A stretch of DNA of 35,211 bases from a virus (lineage: Duplodnaviria > Heunggongvirae > Uroviricota > Caudoviricetes): the IMG/VR virus record IMGVR_UViG_2703718792_000017, positions 1-35,211 of that record; one strand, given 5' to 3'. Shown in pieces: positions 17,003 through 25,765 of the stretch. The notes under the pieces are model-generated. The model did no database searches and was not told where the DNA came from. It worked only from the letters and a program-made list of their open reading frames with translations. The position numbers were made by a program, and so were the translations under genes. How positions within the stretch are numbered: position 1 is the first letter of the stretch; each line of letters opens with the position of its first letter.

Positions 17003-17076
17003 AGCGGAAAAGGTATGTGGCACAAACTGATGCTACCATAATTACAGACTGATGACTTGTGGAATGAAACATGTTG

Positions 17077-17644
17077 AACCTCCTTAATTGATGTTATTCG
17101 AGTGAGGAAGGCATTCTGTCCTTCTATAGTGTCAAGTAAATCAAACGGGAGGCTTGTCCAACGTGTTGGACAAACCTCTCCTATCAGTGAGTTGTATTGA
17201 TCTCGACTCTTCAAAGAATTAATTACTGCGTAGATGAAGAAGGTTTACTACGAATGAAGGCGGCTATTTCGCTGGTTTCTTCATTGGAGTACATATGCCC
17301 CCACGAATCCCGAAAGTCTGCCGCGTTCGCGGCTGCCGCAATACCACTACTGACCCGTGTTAAACCTCCTTAATTGATGTTATTCGAGTGAGGAAGGCAT
17401 TCTGCAGTCCTATACTGTCCAGTAAATCAAACAGGAGGCTTGTTTCACGTGTGAGACAAGCCTCCCCATTAGTGAGTTGTATTGATCTCGACTCTTCAAA
17501 GAATTCATTACTGGGTAGATGAAAATAGTTTCACTATGAATGGAGGAGGCTATGTCGGTGGCTTCTTCATTGGAGTACATATGCCCCCACGAATCCCAAA
17601 AGCCTGCCGTGTTCGCGGCTGCCACTCTACAACCACAGACCCGT
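17077..17644. repeat. Imperfect tandem duplication, 2 x about 284 bp, spanning the promoter and 5' end of the HNH endonuclease gene
   Basis: Copy 1 at about 17077-17360 and copy 2 at about 17361-17644 share about 90% identity by eye (AACCTCCTTAATTGATGTTATTCGAGTGAGGAAGGCATTCTG... CATTGGAGTACATATGCCCCCACGAATCCC...). Confidence 0.75.
17294..17362 (+). pseudogene. Truncated duplicate of the HNH endonuclease 5' end (22 codons, then stop)
   Basis: ATG CCC CCA CGA ATC CCG ... encodes MPPRIPKVCRVRGCRNTTTDPC then stop; it is the copy-1 counterpart of the intact HNH gene start. Confidence 0.5.
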
Positions 17645-17931
17645 CAGGCTATTGCGAAAGCCACAAAGGCGAAGGCTGGAAGCAATACAAGCCGGGCCAG
17701 TCTCGTCATCAGCGCGGTTATGGTTCGAAGTGGGACGGTATCCGCGAGCGCGTCCTGAAGCGTGACAAAGGTTTATGTCAGTCATGTCTGCATGCTGGTG
17801 TGGTGCGTGAGGCGAAAACCGTTGACCACATCGTTCCTAAAGCGCATGGTGGCACTGATGCCGACAGTAATCTGCAGAGTCTGTGCTGGCCCTGCCATAA
17901 GGCGAAGACGGCCCGTGAACGGTTAAAGTGA
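17581..17931 (+). CDS. HNH endonuclease (terminase-associated)
   Basis: Zinc-binding CxxC...CxxC motifs and HNH catalytic region (VDHIVPKAHGGTDADSNLQSLCWPCHKAKT); GGAG 5 nt upstream; the upstream extension in the ORF track is not conserved between the repeat copies. Confidence 0.85.
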   Translation: MPPRIPKACRVRGCHSTTTDPSGYCESHKGEGWKQYKPGQSRHQRGYGSKWDGIRERVLKRDKGLCQSCLHAGVVREAKTVDHIVPKAHGGTDADSNLQSLCWPCHKAKTARERLK

Positions 17932-17946
17932 TAATAATTCTCAACT

Positions 17947-18008
17947 GTATGTGGGGGAGGGGCGGGTCAAATCCCTGTGACCTGACGTCTTCCGGACTGC
18001 CCGCCCCA
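17947..18008. other. GC-rich inverted repeat followed by a T7 run between HNH and TerS: candidate cos/packaging site or terminator
   Basis: GGGGCGGG (17949-17956) pairs with CCCGCCCC (17990-17997); inner GGTCA/TGACC; then ATCGTTTTTTTAT; GGGCGG is reminiscent of the lambda cosN start. Confidence 0.3.
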
Positions 18009-18057
18009 TCGTTTTTTTATACCCGCGAAAAATGAAATTTAACCAGGAGTGCCGCAT

Positions 18058-18552
18058 ATGGCTGGAACGGCGGGGCGTTCCGGGCGTCGCCCCAAGCCAA
18101 CGGCGCGCAAGGCGCTGGCCGGAAACCCCGGCAAGCGAGCCCTGAATAAAGATGAACCTGTTTTTACGCCCATCAAAGGTGTTGAGCCACCGGAGTGGTT
18201 CGCAGAAGAAAATCTCCCTCTCGCCACGATCATGTGGCAACTGACAACCAAAGAACTCTGCGGTCAGGGCCTGTTGTGCGTGACTGACCTCGCGGTGCTT
18301 GAGCGGTGGTGCGTGGCCTATGAGTTCTGGCGACGTGCCGTGAAAAATATTGCCATACAGGGCAACACCATCACCGGTGCAATGGGCGGCAGGGTCAAAA
18401 ATCCGGAGCTGACCGCCAAAAAAGAACAGGAGTCCGAGATGAGCAGCACGGGGGCAATGCTCGGACTCGACCCCAGCAGCCGCCAGCGTCTGATTGGCCT
18501 GGCGGGGCAGAAGAAAGCCACTAACCCGTTTCTGAAAATCATCGAGTCATGA
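18058..18552 (+). CDS. Terminase small subunit (P27 family)
   Basis: [34 protein letters not shown] is typical of P27-family TerS; AGGAG 8 nt upstream of the ATG at 18058. Confidence 0.85.
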   Translation: MAGTAGRSGRRPKPTARKALAGNPGKRALNKDEPVFTPIKGVEPPEWFAEENLPLATIMWQLTTKELCGQGLLCVTDLAVLERWCVAYEFWRRAVKNIAIQGNTITGAMGGRVKNPELTAKKEQESEMSSTGAMLGLDPSSRQRLIGLAGQKKATNPFLKIIES

Positions 18553-20282
18553 GCCGGAAATCTTACCCCAACGTAAATGCTGCCAATCAGTATGCCCGTG
18601 ATGTTGTGCGCGGAAAGATTGTGGCCTGCCAGTTTGTGATTCAGGCCTGCCAGCGCCATCTTGATGACCTGATGGCGGAAAAAAGTAAGTCGTTTCGTTA
18701 CCGCTTCGACAAGGACCTGGCTGAACGGGCCGCCAAATTTATTCAGCTGTTGCCGCACACCAAGGGTGAGTGGGCATTCAAGAGGATGCCCATCACGCTG
18801 GAGCCGTGGCAGCTATTTGTGGTCTGCTGTGCGTTTGGCTGGGTCAATAAAGGGTCCCGGCTGCGCCGCTTCCGGGAGGTGTATACCGAAATCCCCCGTA
18901 AGAACGGCAAATCGGCAATCTCTGCCGGTGTTGCCCTGTATTGTTTTGCCTGTGATAACGAGTTTGGCGCGGAAGTGTATTCCGGTGCCACGACAGAGAA
19001 ACAGGCGTGGGAAGTCTTTCGCCCGGCGCGACTGATGTGTAAACGCACACCCATGCTGACGGAAGCGTTCGGGATTGAGGTTAACGCCTCAAACATGAAT
19101 CGTCCGGAGGATGGCGCGCGGTTTGAACCGCTGATCGGTAACCCCGGTGATGGTTCATCACCCCACTGTGCGGTGGTGGATGAATATCACGAGCACGCCA
19201 CCGATGCGCTTTACACCACGATGCTTACCGGGATGGGGGCGCGACGTCAGCCACTGATGTGGGCCATTACTACTGCCGGGTACAACATTGAGGGGCCGTG
19301 CTACGACAAGCGACGGGAAGTTATCGAGATGCTCAACGGGTCGGTACCCAACGATGAACTGTTCGGGATCATCTATACCGTTGACGAAGGCGATGACTGG
19401 ACCGACCCGCAGGTGCTGGAAAAAGCTAACCCGAATATTGGCGTGTCGGTTTATCGCGAATTTTTGTTAAGTCAGCAGCAGCGTGCGAAAAATAACGCCC
19501 GTCTGGCAAACGTCTTTAAAACAAAACACCTCAATATCTGGGTGTCGGCGCGTTCGGCGTATTTCAACCTGGTGAGCTGGCAGAGCTGCGAGGATAAATC
19601 ACTGACCCTTGAGCAGTTCGAGGGGCAGCCGTGCATTCTGGCCTTTGACCTGGCCCGTAAGCTGGATATGAACAGCATGGCGCGACTTTATACCCGCGAG
19701 ATTGACGGTAAAACGCATTACTACAGTGTGGCCCCGCGTTTCTGGGTACCGTATGACACGGTGTACAGCGTCGAGAAAAATGAAGATCGCCGGACAGCCG
19801 AACGCTTTCAGAAATGGGTGAAAATGGGCGTTCTGACCGTTACCGATGGTGCGGAGGTGGATTATCGCTACATCCTCGAAGAGGCCAAAGCGGCGAACAA
19901 AATCAGCCCGGTCAGTGAGTCACCTATCGACCCCTTCGGGGCGACCGGGCTGTCACATGACCTTGCTGATGAAGACCTGAACCCCGTCACCATCATTCAG
20001 AACTACACCAACATGTCCGATCCGATGAAAGAGCTGGAAGCGGCGATTGAATCGGGGCGCTTTCATCATGACGGCAATCCCATCATGACCTGGTGTATCG
20101 GCAACGTGGTCGGCAAAACCATTCCGGGTAACGATGATGTGGTGAAGCCCGTCAAGGAGCAGGCGGAAAACAAAATCGATGGTGCAGTTGCGCTGATTAT
20201 GGCGGTTGGCAGAGCCATGCTGTACGAGAAAGAAGACACGCTGTCTGATCACATTGAGTCCTACGGGATCCGCTCGCTTTAA
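18549..20282 (+). CDS. Terminase large subunit
   Basis: 577 aa; Walker A-like IPRKNGKS; conserved ATPase and nuclease regions; ATGA overlap with TerS. Confidence 0.93.
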
Positions 20283-20293
20283 CTGAGGTAATT

Positions 20294-20476
20294 ATGATCA
20301 TGCTGATTCTCGCGCCTCTGGTGGGCGTGCTGGGTGCGCTTTTGCTGGCGTATGGTGCCTGGCTGATTTATCCCCCGGCGGGTTTTGTTGTTGCCGGGGC
20401 GCTGTGCCTGTTCTGGTCGTGGCTGGTGGCGCGATATCTCGACCGTACACAGTCGTCTGTCGGCGGAGGTAAATAG
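20294..20476 (+). CDS. Small membrane protein, 60 aa, 2 predicted TM helices
   Basis: GAGG ribosome-binding site; hydrophobic segments [23 protein letters not shown] and [16 protein letters not shown]; sits between terL and the portal gene. Confidence 0.45.
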
Positions 20477-21717
20477 TGTTCTTTTCGGGATTATTTCAAC
20501 GAAAAAGTGACGCACCGGTGACCACGCCAGCAGAGCTGGCGGATGCCATCGGGCTGTCGTATGACACCTATACCGGAAAGCAGATCAGCAGTCAGCGGGC
20601 CATGCGACTGACGGCGGTTTTTTCCTGCGTCAGAGTGCTGGCAGAGTCGGTCGGGATGTTGCCCTGCAATCTGTATCACCTGAACGGTAGCCTGAAGCAG
20701 AGAGCCACCGGCGAACGTCTGCATAAGCTGATCTCCACGCATCCCAATGGCTATATGACGCCGCAGGAGTTCTGGGAGCTGGTGGTCACCTGTCTGTGCC
20801 TGAGGGGAAACTTTTACGCCTACAAAGTGAAAGCATTTGGCGAAGTGGCTGAACTGCTGCCCGTCGATCCCGGCTGTGTGGTACCGAAGCTTAACAGTAG
20901 CTGGGAACCGGTCTATCAGGTCACATTTCCGGATGGCTCCACGGATGTACTGAGCCAGGAGGATATCTGGCATGTGCGTACGCTGACGCTGGACGGACTG
21001 GTGGGGCTGAATCCCATCGCCTATGCCCGCGAGGCAATATCGCTGGCGGCAGCGACCGAAGAGCACGGGGCCAGACTGTTCAGCAATGGTGCGGTGACGT
21101 CGGGTGTGTTGCGTACAGAGCAGACGCTGTCAGATCAGGCTTACGAGCGCCTGAAGAAAGATTTTGAGGAGCGTCACACCGGGCTTGGCAATGCTCACCG
21201 CCCGATGATCCTTGAGATGGGGCTGGACTGGAAGTCGATGGCGCTGAACGCCGAGGACAGCCAGTTCCTGGAAACCCGCAAGTTTCAGCTTGAAGAAATC
21301 TGTCGTCTGTTCCGGGTGCCATTGCACATGGTGCAGAACACCGATCGCGCCACCTTCAACAATATCGAAGAGCTGGGGCTGGGATTTATCAACTATTCAC
21401 TGGTGCCGTATCTGACCCGCATTGAGCAGCGGATCAACACCGGACTGGTACGAAAAAGTAAGCAGGGCGTTTATTACGCCAAATTTAACGCCGGGGCCTT
21501 ACTGCGCGGGGATATGAAGTCCCGTTTTGAAGCCTACGCTACCGGGATCAACTGGGGAATTTACTCTCCCAATGACTGCCGCGACCTGGAAGATATGAAT
21601 CCGCGTCCCGGTGGTGATGTCTATCTCACACCGATGAACATGACCACGAAACCCTCCGATGGCAGTAAAGCCGGTAAGCAGAAGGATAACGCCAATGCAG
21701 ACGAAACAACGTCTTGA
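20476..21717 (+). CDS. Portal protein (HK97 family)
   Basis: GTG start with GGAGG 9 nt upstream; conserved portal-family sequence features. Confidence 0.88.
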   Translation: MFFSGLFQRKSDAPVTTPAELADAIGLSYDTYTGKQISSQRAMRLTAVFSCVRVLAESVGMLPCNLYHLNGSLKQRATGERLHKLISTHPNGYMTPQEFWELVVTCLCLRGNFYAYKVKAFGEVAELLPVDPGCVVPKLNSSWEPVYQVTFPDGSTDVLSQEDIWHVRTLTLDGLVGLNPIAYAREAISLAAATEEHGARLFSNGAVTSGVLRTEQTLSDQAYERLKKDFEERHTGLGNAHRPMILEMGLDWKSMALNAEDSQFLETRKFQLEEICRLFRVPLHMVQNTDRATFNNIEELGLGFINYSLVPYLTRIEQRINTGLVRKSKQGVYYAKFNAGALLRGDMKSRFEAYATGINWGIYSPNDCRDLEDMNPRPGGDVYLTPMNMTTKPSDGSKAGKQKDNANADETTS

Positions 21718-22345
21718 TGTACCGCTGAGTCTGAAATCTGTCAGTGACTCCGGTGAGTTTGAAGGGTATGGCTCCGTCTTTGGTGTAAAGGACAGCCACG
21801 ATGATGTGGTGATGTCAGGGGCATTTGCCGCTTCCCTGCGGACGTGGAGTGACAGAAAAGCGTTACCTGCGCTGCTCTGGCAGCACCGCATGGATGAGCC
21901 CATCGGTGTTTACACCGAAATGAAGGAAGACGATGTCGGGCTTTACGTCAGGGGGCGGTTGCTCATTGATGATGATCCCCTCGCAAAACGCGCACATGCA
22001 CACATGAAGGCCGGTTCGTTAACCGGCCTTTCTATTGGGTACGTCCTGAAAGACTGGGAATACGACCGGAGCAAAGAAGCCTTTCTGCTGAAAGAAATCG
22101 ACCTCTGGGAAGTCAGCCTGGTGACGTTCCCGTCTAACGACGAGGCGCGGATCAGCGACGTCAAGAACGCACTGGCCCGCGGGGAAATCCCCGAACAGAA
22201 AAAAATCGAAAGAGTCCTGCGTGATGTCGGACTCTCCCGTACCCAGGCCAAAGCATTCATGGCCGGGGGCTATGGCGCACTGTCCCTGCGCGACGCTGAG
22301 GATGTGGGCTCTGCACTGAATGCACTGAAAAATCTGAACTTCTAA
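21695..22345 (+). CDS. Prohead protease (HK97 family, S78)
   Basis: Internal ATG at 21695 with AAGGA upstream; prohead protease-like sequence; sits between portal and capsid genes. Confidence 0.82.
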   Translation: MQTKQRLDVPLSLKSVSDSGEFEGYGSVFGVKDSHDDVVMSGAFAASLRTWSDRKALPALLWQHRMDEPIGVYTEMKEDDVGLYVRGRLLIDDDPLAKRAHAHMKAGSLTGLSIGYVLKDWEYDRSKEAFLLKEIDLWEVSLVTFPSNDEARISDVKNALARGEIPEQKKIERVLRDVGLSRTQAKAFMAGGYGALSLRDAEDVGSALNALKNLNF

Positions 22346-22359
22346 TCAGGAGAAATACG

Positions 22360-23565
22360 ATGGCGGTTGATATTAAAGATGTCGAACAGGTCGCGCAGGA
22401 GCTGCAGCAGAAGTTTGACGACTTCAAAGCAAAGAACGACAAGCGCGTGGATGCGATTGAGCAGGAAAAAGGCAAACTTGCCGGGCAGGTGGAAACCCTG
22501 AACGGGAAACTCAGCGAGCTGGAAAACCTCAAAAGCGATCTTGAAAAAGAGCTGCTTGAGCTGAAACGTCCGGCAGGTGGTGCGCAAAATAAACTGGCCA
22601 CCGAGCATAAAGAAGCGTTTGTGGGCTTCCTGCGTAAAGGCCGTGAAGATGGTCTGCGCGATCTGGAGCGCAAGGCATTACAGGTGGGCACCGATGAAGA
22701 CGGCGGCTATGCCGTGCCGGAAGCACTGGATCGCAACATTCTCACCCTGCTGAAAGATGAAGTGGTGATGCGCCAGGAAGCCACGGTGATCACCGTTGGT
22801 GGTTCCGACTACAAAAAACTGGTGAATCTGGGCGGCACGGCTTCCGGATGGGTTGGCGAGACTGACGCGCGCTCCCAGACTGCCACCTCAAAACTGGGCC
22901 TGATTGAACCTTTCATGGGGGAAATCTACGGTAACCCGCAGGCCACCCAGAAAATGCTGGATGATGCCTTTTTCAACGTGGAAGCATGGATCAACAGCGA
23001 GCTGGCAACCGAATTTGCCGAACAGGAAGAAATTGCCTTTACTACCGGCGATGGTACCAAGAAGCCGAAAGGGTTCCTGGCGTATGAATCCACGGATGAA
23101 ACCGATAAGGTCCGGGCGTTCGGCAAACTTCAGCATATTGTATCCGGCGAAGCGACGGCGGTGACCGCAGACGCCATTATCAAACTGATTTACACGCTGC
23201 GTAAGGCACACCGCACTGGCGCGAAGTTCATGATGAACAACAACAGCCTGTTTGCCATCCGTCTGCTTAAAGACAGCGAGGGTAACTATCTGTGGCGTCC
23301 GGGGCTGGAACTGGGGCAGCCGTCCTCTCTGGCGGGTTACGGTATCGCTGAAAACGAACAGATGCCGGATATCGCCGCTGATGCGAAAGCCATTGCATTT
23401 GGTAACTTCAAACGGGGTTACACCATCGTTGACCGTATCGGCACCCGCATTCTGCGTGACCCGTACACCAATAAACCGTTTGTCGGTTTTTATACCACCA
23501 AGCGCACCGGCGGGATGTTGGTCGATTCGCAGGCCATCAAACTGCTGAAGATTGCAGCGGCGTAA
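22360..23565 (+). CDS. Major capsid protein (HK97 family) with N-terminal delta/scaffold domain
   Basis: 401 aa; coiled-coil N-terminal roughly 100 aa followed by an HK97-fold capsid region; AGGAG ribosome-binding site. Confidence 0.9.
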   Translation: MAVDIKDVEQVAQELQQKFDDFKAKNDKRVDAIEQEKGKLAGQVETLNGKLSELENLKSDLEKELLELKRPAGGAQNKLATEHKEAFVGFLRKGREDGLRDLERKALQVGTDEDGGYAVPEALDRNILTLLKDEVVMRQEATVITVGGSDYKKLVNLGGTASGWVGETDARSQTATSKLGLIEPFMGEIYGNPQATQKMLDDAFFNVEAWINSELATEFAEQEEIAFTTGDGTKKPKGFLAYESTDETDKVRAFGKLQHIVSGEATAVTADAIIKLIYTLRKAHRTGAKFMMNNNSLFAIRLLKDSEGNYLWRPGLELGQPSSLAGYGIAENEQMPDIAADAKAIAFGNFKRGYTIVDRIGTRILRDPYTNKPFVGFYTTKRTGGMLVDSQAIKLLKIAAA

Positions 23566-23572
23566 TCACTCA

Positions 23573-23592
23573 GGGGCGCGGAACCGCGCCCC
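23573..23592 (+). other. GC-rich stem-loop immediately after the capsid gene (attenuator or stability element)
   Basis: GGGGCGCG-GAAC-CGCGCCCC perfect 8-bp stem; the downstream tract is only weakly U-rich. Confidence 0.4.
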
Positions 23593-23614
23593 CTGTTCTG
23601 ACGGGTGAAGAATC

Positions 23615-23815
23615 ATGATCCTGAAACAAGATCTGAAATGGTCACCGGACGGTATGCGTGTTGAGGTCATTCGGGCCGGTGAGTATGACGACGGGGAACT
23701 TCCTGCCCGGGTGCAGGAGATTGCACTTCAGGCCGGGTTAGCAGAGCGCGGAATCAGTGCAAAAAGCAGTAAAGCGGCAAAAGAGAAAAAAGCCACGACC
23801 AGTAAAGAGGGCTGA
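23615..23815 (+). CDS. Hypothetical small head-module protein, 66 aa
   Basis: ORF between the capsid and connector genes; Lys-rich C-terminus. Confidence 0.45.
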   Translation: MILKQDLKWSPDGMRVEVIRAGEYDDGELPARVQEIALQAGLAERGISAKSSKAAKEKKATTSKEG

Positions 23816-23817
23816 GT

Positions 23818-24141
23818 ATGCTTCTGACAATGGAAGAGATTAAAGCCCAACTCCGGCTGGATGAGGATTTCGATGCTGATGACCGCCATCTGCAACTGCT
23901 GGCCTGTGCGGCACAAAAGCGGACGGAAACGTATCTGAACCGGAAGCTCTATGCACCGGATGAAACCATTCCGGACAGCGATCCGGACGGGCTGCACCTG
24001 CCGGATGATATTCGTCTGGGGATGCTGATGCTTATCAGCCATTTTTACGAAAACCGCTCGTCGGTTACGGAAGTGGAGAAACTCGACATGCCGCAGAGTT
24101 TTGGCTGGCTTGTCGGCCCGTACAGGTACTTTCCGCAATGA
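23818..24141 (+). CDS. Head-tail connector protein (gp6-like)
   Basis: MLLTMEEIKAQLRLDEDFDADD...ISHFYENRSSV pattern typical of the family; AGAGGG ribosome-binding site. Confidence 0.72.
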   Translation: MLLTMEEIKAQLRLDEDFDADDRHLQLLACAAQKRTETYLNRKLYAPDETIPDSDPDGLHLPDDIRLGMLMLISHFYENRSSVTEVEKLDMPQSFGWLVGPYRYFPQ

Positions 24142-24548
24142 AAATTCGTCAGGCGCAGACCAGCGCAACCTACATTCTGCCGGACCCCGGTGAACTGAAT
24201 AAACGCGTCCTGATCCGCCAGCGGGTGGATATGCCCGCGGATAACTTTGGCGTGGAGCCTCAATACCCGGTTACGTTCCGGACATGGGCGAAGGTTATCC
24301 AGACCAGTGCCACCACCTGGCAGGAAACCGCGCAGACCGGGGACGCCATCACCCATTACATCACCATTCGTTACCGCCGGGGGATCACTGCTGATTATGA
24401 GGTGGTCTGTGATGACAGTGTGTACCGGGTGAAACGTCAGCGTGATCTGAACGGGGCGCGGCGCTTTCTGCTGCTGGAGTGTACGGAGCTGGGCGAATGT
24501 AGGCAGAGTCACGGAGGCAGCAATGGCGACTCCCTTTTTTCACGTTGA
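24138..24548 (+). CDS. Head closure / head-tail adaptor protein
   Basis: Position and size match; YRVKRQRDLNGARRFLLLEC pattern; 26-bp overlap with the next gene. Confidence 0.62.
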   Translation: MKIRQAQTSATYILPDPGELNKRVLIRQRVDMPADNFGVEPQYPVTFRTWAKVIQTSATTWQETAQTGDAITHYITIRYRRGITADYEVVCDDSVYRVKRQRDLNGARRFLLLECTELGECRQSHGGSNGDSLFSR

Positions 24549-25029
24549 TGTTCAGCAGCCCGCCGAGATGCGCTTTAACCGCGCCCGTGTCCGGCGGGCG
24601 TTTGTCACGATTGGGCAGCGTCATATGCGTGATGCCCGTCGGCTGGTGATGCGCCGTGCGCGGTCGGCACCAGGTGAAAACCCCGGTTATCAGACCGGAC
24701 GCTTGGCTCGTTCGATTGGTTATATGGTGCCGAGAGCCAGTAAAAAGCGAGCCGGTTTTATGACACGCATTGCCCCTAACCAGCGCAACGGGAAGGGGAA
24801 CCGGATGATCTCTGGTGACTTCTATCCGGCATTTCTGTTTTTTGGTGTCCGGGGAGGAGCAAAACGTCGTCGTAGTCATCATCGTGGTGCATCCGGTGGC
24901 AGCGGCTGGCGACTGGCTCCACGTAATAACTTCATGGTGGAAACTCTTGAAAAGAACCGCAGCTGGACACGCTATTTTCTGGCGCGGGAATTGCGTAAAT
25001 CACTGAAGCCGGAGCGACGACACAGATGA
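24523..25029 (+). CDS. HK97 gp10-family tail-component protein
   Basis: GGAGG ribosome-binding site; basic protein, family assigned by position and motif recollection. Confidence 0.6.
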   Translation: MATPFFHVDVQQPAEMRFNRARVRRAFVTIGQRHMRDARRLVMRRARSAPGENPGYQTGRLARSIGYMVPRASKKRAGFMTRIAPNQRNGKGNRMISGDFYPAFLFFGVRGGAKRRRSHHRGASGGSGWRLAPRNNFMVETLEKNRSWTRYFLARELRKSLKPERRHR

Positions 25030-25586
25030 AACTGACGCCTGTTATTGCTGCGCTGCGTGCCCGCTGCCCGTATTTTGAAAACCGGGTGGCAGGCGCGGCA
25101 CAGTTCAAAAATCTGCCGGAGGTCGGAAAGCTGAGACTCCCGGCGGCGTATGTGGTACCGGGTGATGACTCTCCGGGAGAAAACAAAAGCCAGACCGACT
25201 ACTGGCAGGAGCTGAAAGAGGGCTTCTCCGTGGTTGTCATACTAAGTAACGGGCGTGATGAGCGCGGTCAGTTTGCCTCGTATGATGTGGTGGACGATGT
25301 CCGGCAGATGCTCTTTAAGGCCTTGCTGGGCTGGAACCCGGAAGCGTGCGGTAACCCGATTACCTATGACGGCGGCACGCTGCTGGATCTGAATCGTCAT
25401 GAGCTGATTTATCAGTTCGATTTTTCGGTCATCAGCGAGCTGACTGAAGACGATACCCGCCAGCAGGATGATCTGAACAGTCTGGATGAACTGCAAACGC
25501 TGGCGATTGATGTTGATTATCTCGAGCCCGGTAACGGGCCTGACGGCGATATCGAACATCACACCGAAATAACCCTTCCTTCCTGA
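25026..25586 (+). CDS. Tail terminator / tail completion-like protein
   Basis: ORF immediately upstream of the sheath gene in the Mu-like tail module; ATGA overlap with the previous gene. Confidence 0.55.
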   Translation: MKLTPVIAALRARCPYFENRVAGAAQFKNLPEVGKLRLPAAYVVPGDDSPGENKSQTDYWQELKEGFSVVVILSNGRDERGQFASYDVVDDVRQMLFKALLGWNPEACGNPITYDGGTLLDLNRHELIYQFDFSVISELTEDDTRQQDDLNSLDELQTLAIDVDYLEPGNGPDGDIEHHTEITLPS

Positions 25587-25594
25587 GGATCCTC

Positions 25595-25765
25595 ATGTTT
25601 GTCAAACCTGTTAAAGGGCGGTCAGTTCCTGACCCTGCCCGCGGCGACCTTTTGCCCGCCGAAGGGCGAAATGTTGACGAGAACAACTACTGGCTGCGCC
25701 GTGAAGTAGCGGGTGATATCCGGCGCGTGAATAAAAAGGTGAACACCGATGACGATAAGCTTTAA
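25595..25765 (+). CDS. Small Mu-like tail-module protein, 56 aa (DUF2635-like), absent from the ORF track
   Basis: ATG at 25595 with GAGGA 6 nt upstream; MFVKPVKGRSVPDPARGDLLPAEGRNVDENNYWLRREVAGDIRRV; its 3' end overlaps the sheath start. Confidence 0.5.
   Translation: MFVKPVKGRSVPDPARGDLLPAEGRNVDENNYWLRREVAGDIRRVNKKVNTDDDKL

Noticed and set aside
17482-17580. N-terminal extension of the HNH endonuclease ORF (track start 17482)
   Set aside because: The extension is not conserved in the duplicated copy (a frame change in copy 1), and a GGAG ribosome-binding site precedes the internal ATG at 17581 that begins the conserved MPPRIPK sequence.
16795-17625. Minus-strand ORFs 16795..17214 and 17410..17625 sharing MKSRDQYNSL
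   Set aside because: Their similarity is a by-product of the 284-bp tandem duplication read in antisense; they overlap Rz1 and the HNH region and have no ribosome-binding site or protein-like composition.
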